From: Cyanobacteria bacterium J06626_4
Lineage (GTDB): Bacteria; Cyanobacteriota; Cyanobacteriia; Phormidesmidales; Phormidesmidaceae
Length of the DNA stretch: 64,000 bases
Assembly (NCBI GenBank): GCA_038523235.1
Contig: JBCBJQ010000005.1
Span: 70,749 to 134,748, forward strand
Reading direction: 5' to 3'
Below, one piece after another: positions 21,490 through 32,638 of the stretch; within the stretch, counting starts at the first letter, position 1; each line of letters opens with the position of its first letter. The position numbers and the translations under genes are program-made. Under the pieces are notes generated by a model, which was not told the DNA's origin, did not search any database, and saw only the letters and a program-made list of their open reading frames with translations.

Positions 21490-22515
21490 TCAATACCGAA
21501 TCCGCGGATCGACATAGGCATTGAGCAGATCGATCGCGATGCTGACCAGCGCCACAATCATGGCAAAAAAGACCATGAGGCCCTGCACCACGGGATAATC
21601 GCGCTGGGTGATCGCTTCATAAAGGCGATTGGCTAACCCCGGCCAAGAGAAGGTCACCTCAGTCAAGACTGCGCCCCCTAATAGCGAAGCAAAGGTCAGT
21701 CCGAGCACCGTGACTACTGGAATCAAGGCATTTTTGAGGGCATGGGCCGTCACGATCCGCCATTCGGGAATGCCCCGCGCCCGCGCCGCTTCAACATAGT
21801 CAGCTCGCAGCGTTTGCTTAAGATTGACCCGCACAATGCGTTCAAAGACACCGCTGATCAAAATGCCGAGCGTCAAGCTGGGCAGGGCTAAATGGTACAG
21901 GGTAGTGACAAATAGATCAGGCCGCCCCATGAGCACACTATCCAGCAGGTAAAGGCCAGTAGGCCCAGCCGGTGGAGTGCCACTCAGAGGAAATCGCGTG
22001 CCAATGGGAAACCACCGCAGTTGCACCGCAAACAAGAGTTGCAAAAGCATGCCAAACCAATACATCGGCACGGCATAGGTAATGATGCCAAACAGCCGTC
22101 CCCCGGCGTCGAGCGGCGAGTTAGGTTTAGCGGCGGCGATCGCCCCCACCGTCAATCCGACGCTGGCCGCCACCAACATGCCACAGAGCGTCAGCTCCAC
22201 AGTGGCCGGAAAATGGTCGCCAATAATTTCCCAAACGGTTTGGCCTTGACTCGCCACTGAAGTGCCTAAATCCAATGAGAACAAGTCTCTGAGGTATCGC
22301 AGATACTGCACAATTAATGGCGCATCCAGCCCCAACTGCTGCCGCAGCGAATCTTTTACTGCTTCAGGGGCACGGGGGCCGAGGAGCGCATCAATCGGAT
22401 CACCCGGTGTTGCCCGCAACAGTAAAAAGACGACCGTGGTGATGGTCCAGATCATCAGCGGAGCCAGCAACAGTCGAGTGATGATGTAATAGCGCAGGGC
22501 GCTAGAGCGAGCCAT
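21490..22515 (-). CDS. Peptide/nickel ABC transporter permease (DppB/OppB family)
   Basis: PGDP, EAARARG EAA loop, RDYPVVQG, DPRIRY. Confidence 0.93.
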   Translation of the reverse strand: MARSSALRYYIITRLLLAPLMIWTITTVVFLLLRATPGDPIDALLGPRAPEAVKDSLRQQLGLDAPLIVQYLRYLRDLFSLDLGTSVASQGQTVWEIIGDHFPATVELTLCGMLVAASVGLTVGAIAAAKPNSPLDAGGRLFGIITYAVPMYWFGMLLQLLFAVQLRWFPIGTRFPLSGTPPAGPTGLYLLDSVLMGRPDLFVTTLYHLALPSLTLGILISGVFERIVRVNLKQTLRADYVEAARARGIPEWRIVTAHALKNALIPVVTVLGLTFASLLGGAVLTEVTFSWPGLANRLYEAITQRDYPVVQGLMVFFAMIVALVSIAIDLLNAYVDPRIRY

Positions 22516-22640
22516 ACAAACTGTCCTAGATCGACCGAACCACGGAAATAACCATACGCTAAAAGGGTGGCCTCATGACTGGCAAAACGCTAGCATCTCC
22601 GGCTGACGGTCATCCTCATCCCATCAACGCAGCGCTAGCT

Positions 22641-23345
22641 TCACAGCAGCACGGGTTGGTCTGTGAGCTGAGCTGTATCGATCGCTTGCAGCTGGGAGTA
22701 GGCCGCTTTCACCAGGCGTTGCCCCCGCAAAAAGCCCGTATTGGCGGCTGGGCAAGCGTAGGACAGGGTGTCAGCGGTAAACCGAGTTTGTAAGCGCTCG
22801 ACCTGGCGCAGCTGGCGGGGCCAGTGAAAGGTTTTAGAAAAGCGTAGGGGTTGCAGTTGCCCATCGCGGTTGGGCAGCAAATGTCTGCCGGTAAATAAAA
22901 CCCCGCCGTGTTGCGCCAGATACACGCAGGCGGAGCCCGGCGAATACCCTGGCGTCCACAAAATTTCGCCGTAGTTGCCCAAGGCATAGTGATCTTGGTA
23001 AGTCACGAGCTGAGGCAAATCGGGCAACAGATACGCTTCTTGCTCTTGCACCAGCACGTCACACTGCCAGGCTGCCTGCAGTGACTTCGCCGCGCCGCTC
23101 GCCCCCCGATGGGTGATGGCCCAATGACGCACACCGCCGCGATCGGCGATGAACTGCAGCAGCGCTGGCTCATCTGCCGGGGCATCGATCAGCAGATTCG
23201 CCGGGCTACCGGTCGAATCCTTCTCTACAATGAAGTATGCGGTGCCGCCCATCGTGGCTCGATTAGGGGGAAAGGCAAAGACACCGTCGAGAATTGGGTG
23301 AGGTTGTTTGGTAGACACGGCGGCGGCTGGGTGCTCACGATGCAA
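22641..23345 (-). CDS. MBL-fold metallo-hydrolase-like protein
   Basis: ITHRG, TPGYSPGS, LFTGRH; conserved cyanobacterial type. Confidence 0.8.
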   Translation of the reverse strand: MHREHPAAAVSTKQPHPILDGVFAFPPNRATMGGTAYFIVEKDSTGSPANLLIDAPADEPALLQFIADRGGVRHWAITHRGASGAAKSLQAAWQCDVLVQEQEAYLLPDLPQLVTYQDHYALGNYGEILWTPGYSPGSACVYLAQHGGVLFTGRHLLPNRDGQLQPLRFSKTFHWPRQLRQVERLQTRFTADTLSYACPAANTGFLRGQRLVKAAYSQLQAIDTAQLTDQPVLL

Positions 23346-23566
23346 GACTAAGCTCGGGAAAAGAAAATCGGCTTTCCGTAGCGTATTCTCTTGAACAGCT
23401 GTCTAGCCTATCATGGGCTCTAGGTTATGCTTGGGTCGGCCAGCATAGCCCTTGGCACAATGGACAAAGGGACAACAGTTTTGATCAGGGTATCTCTGCA
23501 AGCCGTCACACCGCTAAGGGCCAAAAGTGGCTTGCCTGTCGTTAGACGAGCAGGACTGTAATCAAC

Positions 23567-25042
23567 ATGCTGATTTTATTGCTTCTGCTCAGCGTCTTTA
23601 CCTACTACGTGGTGAAACGCAGCGTGGCGGGTCTCACCCGGACGCCCACCTGGATGCTGTGGCTGGTCATGATGATTCCCGCGTTTGTGCTGGCCTTTTG
23701 GAGCGTCAGCGATCGCGCGGATGAGCCTTTTCCGGTCGGTATTTTACTGGGGCTGTTCATTCTCTGTCCGGTGCTGTATTGGACGCTGATTCAATGGGGC
23801 CGCATTCCCCCCAAGGCCGGTCAGGCGAGCGTCAATACCCCAGCCGCTGCCGCGGCCGCCCTCAAAGCAGCCGCCGCAAAAGCTACTCTGCCACCCCTCG
23901 ATAAAGAAGAAGAAGCCACGATTCAGCACTGTTTTCCCTGGTCGGTTTACTACCTGCAAAATATTGAGTACCGGGCTCAAGCCCTGATCTGCAAAGGCCA
24001 ACTGCGCTCCTCTCCCACCGTGGCCTATGACACCGTGCGGGAAAATATCGAAGCCAACTTTGGCAAACGCTTTTTAGTCATTTTTCAAGAGGGCCAGCAG
24101 GGTAAGCCGTTTTTTGCCCTCGTGCCCAACCCAGAACGCAAAACAGCTGACTCCCCCGCGCGGCCCGAAAAACTCACACGTCCGGTGATTGCGCTGGGGC
24201 TGTTTGTCGCTACGCTCTTCACCACGACGATGGTCGGGGCTTTTATCGCCGGGGTTACCGAAGAATCCCTGCAGGCTGACCCCAACCTCTTTCTCCAGGG
24301 ATTGCCCTACGCGATGTCGCTGATGGTCATTTTGGGCCTGCATGAGTTTGGCCATTATTGGATGGCACGGCGCTACAAGATGAAGGCGACGCTGCCTTAC
24401 TTTATTCCTATCCCGTTTTTCTTAGGCACCTTTGGGGCGTTTATTCAGCTGCGATCGCCTGTGCCCAACCGCCGCGCCCTGTTCGATGTCGGGATTGCCG
24501 GGCCGCTGTCAGGGCTAGTCATAGCGCTACCGCTGCTGATTTGGGGCTTGGCCCATTCCGAAGTGGTCACCATGCCAGAGAATGCCAGCCTCTTGAACTT
24601 TGAAGCTCTAGATCCGGGTGCTTCCATCGCGCTGGCCTTGCTCAGCAAGCTTGCTCTCGGCAGTCAAGTCGGCATGGAGAGTGCCATTCACCTGCATCCG
24701 GTGGCCGTTTCCGGCTGCTTGGGGTTAGTCGTCACGGCTCTCAATCTGATTCCGGTGGGTCAGTTAGATGGCGGCCATATCGTGCACGCCATGTATGGGC
24801 AGCGCAACGGCGCGATTATTGGTCAGGTCTGTCGGTTTTTGGTCTTAGGGCTGACGCTGGTGCACAGTGAACTGCTGATTTGGGCGGTTTTGCTATTCTT
24901 TATACCAGCCATTGATGAACCGGCCCTTAATGATGTGAGCGAACTCGATGAGAAACGCGATCTGTGGGGACTGTTTGCGCTCACGATTTTAGTGCTGATT
25001 GTATTGCCCACCCCAGAACCGCTGAAAGCGCTTTTGTTCTAG
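23567..25042 (+). CDS. Site-2 protease (M50, EGY-like)
   Basis: HEFGH and NLIPVGQLDGG motifs. Confidence 0.93.
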   Translation: MLILLLLLSVFTYYVVKRSVAGLTRTPTWMLWLVMMIPAFVLAFWSVSDRADEPFPVGILLGLFILCPVLYWTLIQWGRIPPKAGQASVNTPAAAAAALKAAAAKATLPPLDKEEEATIQHCFPWSVYYLQNIEYRAQALICKGQLRSSPTVAYDTVRENIEANFGKRFLVIFQEGQQGKPFFALVPNPERKTADSPARPEKLTRPVIALGLFVATLFTTTMVGAFIAGVTEESLQADPNLFLQGLPYAMSLMVILGLHEFGHYWMARRYKMKATLPYFIPIPFFLGTFGAFIQLRSPVPNRRALFDVGIAGPLSGLVIALPLLIWGLAHSEVVTMPENASLLNFEALDPGASIALALLSKLALGSQVGMESAIHLHPVAVSGCLGLVVTALNLIPVGQLDGGHIVHAMYGQRNGAIIGQVCRFLVLGLTLVHSELLIWAVLLFFIPAIDEPALNDVSELDEKRDLWGLFALTILVLIVLPTPEPLKALLF

Positions 25043-25096
25043 GATGAAGCATCCCCAGGCGAGTCGGGCTGGCTATGTTTGCCCCGGAGAAGCATC

Positions 25097-25573
25097 ATGA
25101 CTCAGGAAATTACCCGCTGGCTAACCGAAATTCGCACGCTACAGCAACAGCTTGAGGCCGCTCGTCAGGAACGCGACCAGGCTTATCAGAGTGCGGCCAA
25201 CTGGCGACAGCTATATGATGCCGAGGCCAAACAGCGGCGGGCCGAAGTTGAAGACCTGCAGACAACGGCAGCGACGCTACGCACCGAACTAGCAGCTCGA
25301 CGGGCCTATCAAGGGGATGCGATCGCCGCAGAAATTGCCGATCAGCAGCTCGGCACGCCAGATCTACAAAGTGTCGAAGGTCTGCGGACCGAATTGGTGA
25401 AGGCGCTACGCGTCTGCGATCGCCTACAAAAATCCCTAGAAGCCGAGCAGGCTGACCATGCCGAAACTCGCAAAACGCTGACCTCCGCCCTGGGCGAAAC
25501 GATTGATGCGCTGAATCCGTCCTCTAGCCTGGTGCGTCAAAATCAGGCGGCTAATGGAGAGAGTGCGGAGTAG
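25097..25573 (+). CDS. Conserved cyanobacterial coiled-coil protein
   Basis: MTQEITRWLTEIRTLQQQL...SAANWRQLY; heptad pattern. Confidence 0.75.
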   Translation: MTQEITRWLTEIRTLQQQLEAARQERDQAYQSAANWRQLYDAEAKQRRAEVEDLQTTAATLRTELAARRAYQGDAIAAEIADQQLGTPDLQSVEGLRTELVKALRVCDRLQKSLEAEQADHAETRKTLTSALGETIDALNPSSSLVRQNQAANGESAE

Positions 25574-25678
25574 GTTCTACGGCCTGCAGCTTTGGTTCGG
25601 TGAGCCGCTGTTCTAAAATTTCTTGCCACTATGCTCAACAACCCGCCACAGCGAACCGGCAGCGGGCAGAGTGGATTG

Positions 25679-26230
25679 CTAAAACTCCCAAGATCCCAAA
25701 ATATCAGCCAGATCTTCTAGGGGCTCCAGGACTTCGTAAAGCTGAGTGTAGGTTTCAACGAGGCGATCGCCCTGCACCACAATTTCGGGCGTGGGATACA
25801 CCTGCATGACCTCCAGCAGCGTCAGTTCGTGGTCGGTAGAGGACGCGCCGATCAGGGCGGCTCGTAGGGCGAGCTGCCCCGCTTCGCCGGAAGCCGGATG
25901 AATCGTTTCACTGACGCGATCGAGCATCCATTCCCCAGGGGGCGAGTTGAGCGCTAAATCGAGGACGGTCGGGTTCACCGACACCGGCGTATTGAGCGTA
26001 TCGCGCACCTGGGCCGGATCCTGCCCCGACAGGGTGAATAATTCCTCTAAATCGTTGGAGGTCTCTTCACCCTCGGCAAACGCTGCCAAATCTTCAATGG
26101 GAATATCCATCGACAAAAAACCGTAGGTGAGCACGACCTTTTCTGCCGCGATCGCGCTTTGGCCGCCAACCGCTAACAGAGCAAGAGTGCTGCCCAACAG
26201 AGCGAGTCGCTTGTGATCGATGAGCTTCAT
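25679..26230 (-). CDS. DUF1400 domain secreted protein
   Basis: Signal peptide followed by AAEKVVLTYG; LRAALI...LTLLEVMQVYP. Confidence 0.8.
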   Translation of the reverse strand: MKLIDHKRLALLGSTLALLAVGGQSAIAAEKVVLTYGFLSMDIPIEDLAAFAEGEETSNDLEELFTLSGQDPAQVRDTLNTPVSVNPTVLDLALNSPPGEWMLDRVSETIHPASGEAGQLALRAALIGASSTDHELTLLEVMQVYPTPEIVVQGDRLVETYTQLYEVLEPLEDLADILGSWEF

Positions 26231-26937
26231 GACTTTTCTCCTGGCGATCGTAGACCGCTGATGATACCCGCGATTAATCCAACAACTAAGACAGCGCCCC
26301 CACCTATGGTCACCGAGCGCCGAGTATTAGACGACGAAACCGACGCGGGAGTTTCCGCTGTGGCGTCAGGGGTCGGTTCAGTGGCCTCGCTAGGGGCCGT
26401 GGCACTGTCGGCTGCCTCCGCTTGAGCCGCATCTGCCTCAGTTGTTTCAGCTGCCGAGGTCTCGGTCTCGGTAGCCGGATTGCTGGCCGGGGGCGCGCCG
26501 CGGCCGGCGACGACCACCTCAAACCGCAGTTCAAAGGGAGAAAATTCCACATCGCCCTCAGGCGATCCCTGCAGCACTAGCTCGTAGGCGCCCACCTCAG
26601 GAAAGGTGACCACCGCACTGGGAATATCAGTGAATCCCTCGGCGGAGATGGCGGTTAAGGGCGGCGTTTCGACTGCGACTGCGTCGTTGTCGTAGAGCGT
26701 CAGACGGCAATTGCACTGTTCTAGCGGAATCACGGTGCCACCGGCTTGGGTCAGGGCAAACCAGGCGGTGGTGGGGGTTCCGGCCAGGGGGACATCGTCG
26801 GGTTCGATGTGGAGGGTGGCTCCCACGTCGTCGGCAATTTGCACGTCGTGGGCCAGTGTGGCGGATGAGGTTACGGCAGACAGGCCGCCGCCCATCAACC
26901 CAGTTATGAGTGCTGTTAACAGCCAGCGATGCATCAT
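26227..26937 (-). CDS. Hypothetical exported protein with C-terminal TM anchor (possible metal-binding)
   Basis: Signal peptide ending LA-HD; ATLHIEPDD; CxC; start moved to ATG 26937. Confidence 0.7.
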   Translation of the reverse strand: MMHRWLLTALITGLMGGGLSAVTSSATLAHDVQIADDVGATLHIEPDDVPLAGTPTTAWFALTQAGGTVIPLEQCNCRLTLYDNDAVAVETPPLTAISAEGFTDIPSAVVTFPEVGAYELVLQGSPEGDVEFSPFELRFEVVVAGRGAPPASNPATETETSAAETTEADAAQAEAADSATAPSEATEPTPDATAETPASVSSSNTRRSVTIGGGAVLVVGLIAGIISGLRSPGEKS

Positions 26938-26974
26938 GGTGGTTGTCCTGATGAGGGGAGGAAGCCGTTTAAGG

Positions 26975-28246
26975 TTAAGGATGATGACTGGGCTTCTGGG
27001 CATTGAGGGAATCTGCCAACGAAGTTGGGGTGTACCACTTCTGAGCGCCACACCACTGCCACACGCTGGGCGATCGCACCGCTAACACGACCACGACCAT
27101 TGCCCCCACGAGGCTGCTATGCATCAGGGGCCGCCCCTGCCATTGCAGACTCCCCAGATAGGTGGAGCCGGTCACGATGGTGTGCAGCCCGCCGAAGATT
27201 AGCGCCGGGAGGCTGAGCAAATGCAGCGATCGCCAAGCTTGGCCCAAGTGGCGCTGAGCGGCGTTGGTGCTGGTGATGGCCAGGGGCAGCATGAGGGTCA
27301 GGCTAATCACCCCCGCGCCGATGCCCCACTGATGTTGCGGTAGCATAAATCGCCAGGCATTGAAATTCCAGTTCCAGCTGTGTTCTAGCATGTGCAACGT
27401 GTGGGCCACTGCGAGCACACAGGCCGCGACCCCCAGCAGTCGCCGACATTTCAGCAGATAGGGCCACAACCGGCTGCCGGGACGGGCAATGAGCGCCAGT
27501 GCTAAACACACTAGCGCCAGATGTCCGGCATAGTCGACCATGAGGTCGCCGGTACGCATCAGCGTGAGCAGGCCGATCAGGAGCGTGATCCAACCGCCAA
27601 AGCGAAATAGCTGACTGGTGCGATCGCGGCTAAGCCAGGCGCTATAGGTGCCTAACCCTACCATCATCGGCAGCGTCCCGAGGCCAAAAGCGAGCATGGT
27701 CGCCCCGCCGACCACCACGGAACCGGTGGCCGCCGCCTTGATTTGCGCCGTGTAGAGAAAGCCACAGGGAATCAGCCCCCAGGCCAACCCCAGGGTGATC
27801 GGCGTCCACCACCGGGATGACTTAGACGTCTGGCTCATGACCCGCTGGAGGCGATCGTGCAGCTGCCCGCGCAAGGGATGCCAAAACGGCAGCTGCGGTA
27901 GCCAGTGGGGGGCGACTTGCCGCAGACCCATCAGAATTAAAAGTGTGCCGGTGAGCAAGGCCATGCCGCGACGCAGGCCGCTGCCGATGCCCGCAATTTG
28001 TCCCCCGGCAACCAGTACTGACCCCAGCCCGCCGATCGCCGCCCCCACCAGCAAATAACTGGTCAAGCGGCCCAGGTTGAGCAAGAGGTGAAACCGCCAC
28101 TGCTGCCAGCGCGGCGCGGCGTCAGCCGCATCAGCCCCCGATTGATTGGCGAGGGAAAAAGCCATCGTGATCGGGCCACACATGCCGACACAGTGGCCAA
28201 AACTGCCCAGAAACCCGAGGGTAGCAATCAGCCCCAACTCCAACAC
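26975..28246 (-). CDS. DsbD_2/UreH-like transporter fused to ferric-reductase-like TM domain
   Basis: HCVGMCGP and GLIPCGFLY; C-terminal LAITS...WRSLHLL. Confidence 0.85.
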   Translation of the reverse strand: MLELGLIATLGFLGSFGHCVGMCGPITMAFSLANQSGADAADAAPRWQQWRFHLLLNLGRLTSYLLVGAAIGGLGSVLVAGGQIAGIGSGLRRGMALLTGTLLILMGLRQVAPHWLPQLPFWHPLRGQLHDRLQRVMSQTSKSSRWWTPITLGLAWGLIPCGFLYTAQIKAAATGSVVVGGATMLAFGLGTLPMMVGLGTYSAWLSRDRTSQLFRFGGWITLLIGLLTLMRTGDLMVDYAGHLALVCLALALIARPGSRLWPYLLKCRRLLGVAACVLAVAHTLHMLEHSWNWNFNAWRFMLPQHQWGIGAGVISLTLMLPLAITSTNAAQRHLGQAWRSLHLLSLPALIFGGLHTIVTGSTYLGSLQWQGRPLMHSSLVGAMVVVVLAVRSPSVWQWCGAQKWYTPTSLADSLNAQKPSHHP

Positions 28247-28252
28247 GATCGC

Positions 28253-29101
28253 TTAGCCCTCCAACGTTAAAAACTGCTCAAGGGCATCGGCGACCTTGGG
28301 GGGCCAGCGGCGAATGGTGCGCACCCAGTCCAGATCTTTGTAGCGCGAGTCCAGGCCTGACACGGCGACCCACTGGCTTTCGGCCTCGCCTCGACGCTGG
28401 TCGGCCCACAGGGCCGCCGTCAGCGCCGCCCGCGCATCCGGAAAGTTGGGATACTTACGCACCACCGCTCGCAACACGCGAATCGATTCTTGCACGTCGT
28501 CTACCTGATAGAGGGCGAGGCCGTAGTTGACTCGTGCCAGGGCAAAGTTGGGGTTGAGGTCGGCGGCGGCTTGGTAATCGGCGATCGCGGCGTCCCAATG
28601 CTGCTGACCAGCTTCGGCATTACCTCGATTGTTCAAGGCTCCCGCCTCATTGGGATCAAGGGCCAAGGCCTGATTGTAATCGGCGATTGCCGCGTTCCAC
28701 TCCCCCTTAAATTCGTAGGCGGCGCCCCGATTGAGATAGGGATCGATCTCGGTGGGTGCTAGGGCAATCGCCTGGGTGTAGTCGGCGATCGCTGCATCCA
28801 GCTGATACTGACTCACCCGCACGAGCCCGCGGTTGCTCCAAATGGCGGCTTCGTCCGGCAGGTAGTCGAGCAGTTGCGTCCAGTAATCATCGGCGGCGGC
28901 ATAGTCACCCGACTGGCTGGTAATGAACGCTTTTTCGCGCAGCGCCGCGATCGCCTGAATGTCGGCCTCGCTGTAGGCAGCGGTGGGCGGGGGAGTTTCA
29001 GCCGCGATCGCCGCCGGGAACCAGCCGCCGGTCAACACCATCGCCAAAATCAGGCATAAACTCCAAATCCATTTCATTGGGGCTGGGGGCATGAGCACCA
29101 C
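28253..29101 (-). CDS. Tetratricopeptide repeat protein
   Basis: Repeated NRG...AIADY motifs. Confidence 0.9.
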   Translation of the reverse strand: MVLMPPAPMKWIWSLCLILAMVLTGGWFPAAIAAETPPPTAAYSEADIQAIAALREKAFITSQSGDYAAADDYWTQLLDYLPDEAAIWSNRGLVRVSQYQLDAAIADYTQAIALAPTEIDPYLNRGAAYEFKGEWNAAIADYNQALALDPNEAGALNNRGNAEAGQQHWDAAIADYQAAADLNPNFALARVNYGLALYQVDDVQESIRVLRAVVRKYPNFPDARAALTAALWADQRRGEAESQWVAVSGLDSRYKDLDWVRTIRRWPPKVADALEQFLTLEG

Positions 29102-29318
29102 AAAATTGCATCGTAGACTTTCTATAGCCTATCGAGTTGGGTCGGCAAACGGAAACTATCGCGTCGATTGGGCCAGCGTCAGCGGAATTTTGGGCCATGC
29201 GCGATTCCTCAACTCGCCTGGATCTTAGAGAACTGTAATATTCGCGGCCAGAGAATGATCCTCCTAGCGTCGTTGCAGTATCATCGGCAAGCAAAGAACG
29301 CTAGATATCGGCGATCGC

Positions 29319-29912
29319 GTGGCAGAATACCAACCTTCTCTTCTTTCTCAGCAAGACTTAAAGGCTGCTGAGGTGTCTTGGGCCTACAATCGCCCGACCG
29401 CCCAAGCCAGCCTCACCGCCGATGAACTTACTCATTGGCAACAGCGTATTCGGCAATTTCAGCAGACGGTGTCGCTCCATCCGGCGACGACCCAGGGCAC
29501 GCTGTTTGAGCCAGTGGCCACCTCACCGGCGGATGAGTTAGATCCCTTCACCTTGCCGCAGCGCAATGCGGAGTTTTGGCGCGAGCAGCTGACCGATGTG
29601 GGCAACGCCGCCCTCTATTTTGTGGTCGATCACGAAGCCCATCTCTTGCTCTACGTGGGTGAAACGGTCAAGGCTAACCAGCGCTGGAAAGGCACCCACG
29701 ATTGCAAGCGCTATATCTTAAATTACGTTGCCGCCCATCGTTCGGCGCAACTACCCGTGCAGGTCAATATCGGCTTTTGGCCCTATGCTCCGGCTGAGCG
29801 TAAGTCCCGACAGGCTCTGGAATCGGAACTTATTCGCAAATGGCGATCGCCCTTTAATAAAGAAAATTGGCGGCAGTGGGCCACCCCGTTTATCGGCAGT
29901 TCAGAGTCTTAG
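29319..29912 (+). CDS. GIY-YIG nuclease family protein
   Basis: ALYFV...LLYVGET...QRW; LESELIRKW. Confidence 0.8.
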   Translation: MAEYQPSLLSQQDLKAAEVSWAYNRPTAQASLTADELTHWQQRIRQFQQTVSLHPATTQGTLFEPVATSPADELDPFTLPQRNAEFWREQLTDVGNAALYFVVDHEAHLLLYVGETVKANQRWKGTHDCKRYILNYVAAHRSAQLPVQVNIGFWPYAPAERKSRQALESELIRKWRSPFNKENWRQWATPFIGSSES

Positions 29913-30068
29913 AGTTGTCCAAGAAATCACCTGTCAAAAAAAACGGTTTCGATGAAAAACCTGTTAGGAGTGTTGACCGGCTCCCAGAATCCGGGTTCTT
30001 CTGGTGGAAGTTTTTGATGTTGGGTGATTCCTCGGGCGCGGCATTGAGCGGCAAACTGATGACAACCT

Positions 30069-30698
30069 TTAGCACGCCGTGTCTTGCGCCCGCCGCTTGG
30101 CATAAATGCTGCGCATGTGCTTTTTCACCGTGTTGATGGTGATGAATAGCTGTTCGGCAATTTGGCTGTAGGTGCAGCCCGCTTGGTGATGCAGCCACAC
30201 CTCTTGCTCGCGCGGGGTTAAGCCCCAGCCCTGTACTTCATCTAGCACGATGTCCTGCATCATTTGCTGATGGTCTTCCACAATTAATAAGATGCAGGGT
30301 TGATCAAAGCCCTCTAGCTTGAGCCAGCGACTGCGAATGCGCAGGGCGATCGCATCTTTGGTAAAAATATCGAACTCCATCGCCCAGTTTTGACTCGGAA
30401 AGCGCGATCGACATTGCCTCAACATCTGGCAGATCAGCAAAATTTCTTCGGGCATGACGCCAGGTTCAGCCGAGGCCATCAGTTTTTTGAGGCGATCGGG
30501 CAGGTGCTCAGTGGCATAAATCAATGCGCCGTCTTCGGTAAACACTAAGACGCTGCCGACGTGGGTTTCGAGTGAGGTCTTATCGAGGGCTGCAGCTTGA
30601 GCGGCCGTCAGCGATGCTGGGTGACGCGGCGCAGTGGAGGGTGCACTCGTCTTAGACAGAGAGGGGGCACTCTGGGAGGAAAAGAGCGTATTCATCAT
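30069..30698 (-). CDS. LuxR-type HTH transcriptional regulator
   Basis: GLTPREQEVW...YSQIAEQLFITINTVKKHMRSIYAK. Confidence 0.88.
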   Translation of the reverse strand: MMNTLFSSQSAPSLSKTSAPSTAPRHPASLTAAQAAALDKTSLETHVGSVLVFTEDGALIYATEHLPDRLKKLMASAEPGVMPEEILLICQMLRQCRSRFPSQNWAMEFDIFTKDAIALRIRSRWLKLEGFDQPCILLIVEDHQQMMQDIVLDEVQGWGLTPREQEVWLHHQAGCTYSQIAEQLFITINTVKKHMRSIYAKRRAQDTAC

Positions 30699-31323
30699 AT
30701 TTAAGGGCTAGGGGGCAGATGACGAACCGTCAGCCAAATAAACAGTCACAAGCGTGTTTCGAAACGGCTAAAGAATAGGGCTTAAAGGGTTCTCTGTTGT
30801 CGTCTTCAAGAAAACTTTATTTGATTCCTGAAAAGCCTGGGCGATCATGCATATTCAGCCGCTAAAGTGCTGTCGATTCACGCACACTGTCTAGGAATTA
30901 AAATACCAAAAGCGTTGCCGAAATCTGCCAGGTACAGCCACCAAAATGTGCTGCCAGAATTCAGGAGTTATCGACCATTCCTCTAAGAGAATATTTGTAA
31001 AGTGATTAGATTTATTTTCTTTCAATAGCTGTATATATTTTGCATAAATAAATGGCTCATTTCAGGAGTTGATTAGAGCCCTGAAATGAGCATCTTAGAC
31101 AAGAATATAGCAGGCTTTTGAGCATTGCTATCAAGCAGTTATCGCAGCGCAGTTTGATCTATCCTGTTATCATTAACGCAGTTTATAGCTGAACAAAGAT
31201 AAAGTTCTAAGCGAGAAAAAACGAAGCGAATCTAGCAATTTTACATTCCTGATTTAAAAATAATTAATTTGCCGAATCTGAAGTTTAATTTCGAAATATG
31301 TGAGCTCTGAATACTCTGGAAAT

Positions 31324-31749
31324 TTAGCTCACTTGAAATAAAGGGACTTCTCGAAAAAGGGGTGAAGAAGGCAGATAGTTGATCAGCATAATAATTTGTA
31401 GTGAATAAATGCCTGCATTTAGGTAAAAGGGTGACAGTTCTGCTGCATAAATCTTTTCGTCAGACCCGATAGGTAAACAAAAAGAAGCTTTTTGGTCAGG
31501 GGTTCCTAAAGCTAGATTAAGAGGCTTGATAAAGGCGTAAATCTGACAAAGCATCAACGTTTCAAACGTCTGATCAGATGGTTCTGACATCCAAGGAGCC
31601 AGGATTAGCTCTAGGCTTAGCGAAAATTCGATACCAGCTTGCAGCGCTGGTGGCATGGTTGGAGTCGTCGATGCCAGCGAGATCGGGCTGTGGCAGTTTT
31701 CTGCTTGAAGAAATGCGATTTGGGAGAGTTGGCAAAACGGCTCAGCCAT
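31324..31749 (-). CDS. Hypothetical protein
   Basis: 141-aa ORF in an AT-rich segment; no recognised motif. Confidence 0.5.
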   Translation of the reverse strand: MAEPFCQLSQIAFLQAENCHSPISLASTTPTMPPALQAGIEFSLSLELILAPWMSEPSDQTFETLMLCQIYAFIKPLNLALGTPDQKASFCLPIGSDEKIYAAELSPFYLNAGIYSLQIIMLINYLPSSPLFREVPLFQVS

Positions 31750-31937
31750 AGATCTATCCGAGCAAAGACTATATCAGCGGGTTTTCTCTGTAAACTTGGG
31801 ACACTTGGCATCTTTTCAATTGGGCAATCACCATCGACCTGATCTGAATGCTTGATCGAACTGGCCGATGGCTGTTAAATGCAATGAGTTTGATGCCGCG
31901 ATCACTATAGGTTTACCGACTCTCGCGACAGCTTTAA

Positions 31938-31974
31938 AGTTTCCAGTAGGGAGTCACCCTCCCTACTGGAAACT
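31938..31974. terminator. Perfect 16-bp stem-loop downstream of the 32063-32638 gene
   Basis: AGTTTCCAGTAGGGAG-TCACC-CTCCCTACTGGAAACT. Confidence 0.7.
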
Positions 31975-32062
31975 GCTCAATCAATGCTTAAGCTTGGTAT
32001 GGGCAAGCTGCAGAATTGATTACCAGTGACTCACTTAGATCATGATTGACTGGCTGTGACTA

Positions 32063-32638
32063 TTAGTCAGAAAAGGGCTGGTCAGCCACCTGCAGACGGC
32101 GCTCACCAATGTAGCCATAGCCAAAGACATACTGGCCACATTTATGTGTGACAGGGCCGATTTTGGTCGTTGCTGAAACCAGGTAATAGCCAGGATTTAG
32201 GCCGATTTCTTGGGGCGAAATCTTGGTGCCTACCCAGTAAGCAAATTGACCTTCATTGGACTTGGTGGTCACCTGCAGATCCTTTTCAACGGCGATGCCA
32301 CCGAGCCCCTCAAACTGAAAATCGACGGTGATGTCGATGCCCAGACATAGCAACAGTGCAGTGAGGGGACTGCGGTTAAAGCGCATCATCAAACCAACAC
32401 GCATAGTTTCGTCAGTATCGACGATATGAGCAGATTGGTCAGGCGCGGGGCCAAAGGGAGGAATGTCACCGCGCAGCCCGACTGCTGTGAGGTTAAATAG
32501 CTCAAAGTAGGCTTCGCCTAACACTTCGCGGCTATAGGTTTCGGAATCAGAAACGAGCTGATCTTGAGCCGGTAAAGCGGCTTTGAGTGCCTCTAAAGAA
32601 ACCTGCTCAGCGGGCTTTTCGACGGCAGAAATAGACAT
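32063..32638 (-). CDS. Hypothetical protein (beta-rich)
   Basis: ATG 32638 with GAGGA upstream; ends in tandem stops; followed by a strong hairpin. Confidence 0.75.
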   Translation of the reverse strand: MSISAVEKPAEQVSLEALKAALPAQDQLVSDSETYSREVLGEAYFELFNLTAVGLRGDIPPFGPAPDQSAHIVDTDETMRVGLMMRFNRSPLTALLLCLGIDITVDFQFEGLGGIAVEKDLQVTTKSNEGQFAYWVGTKISPQEIGLNPGYYLVSATTKIGPVTHKCGQYVFGYGYIGERRLQVADQPFSD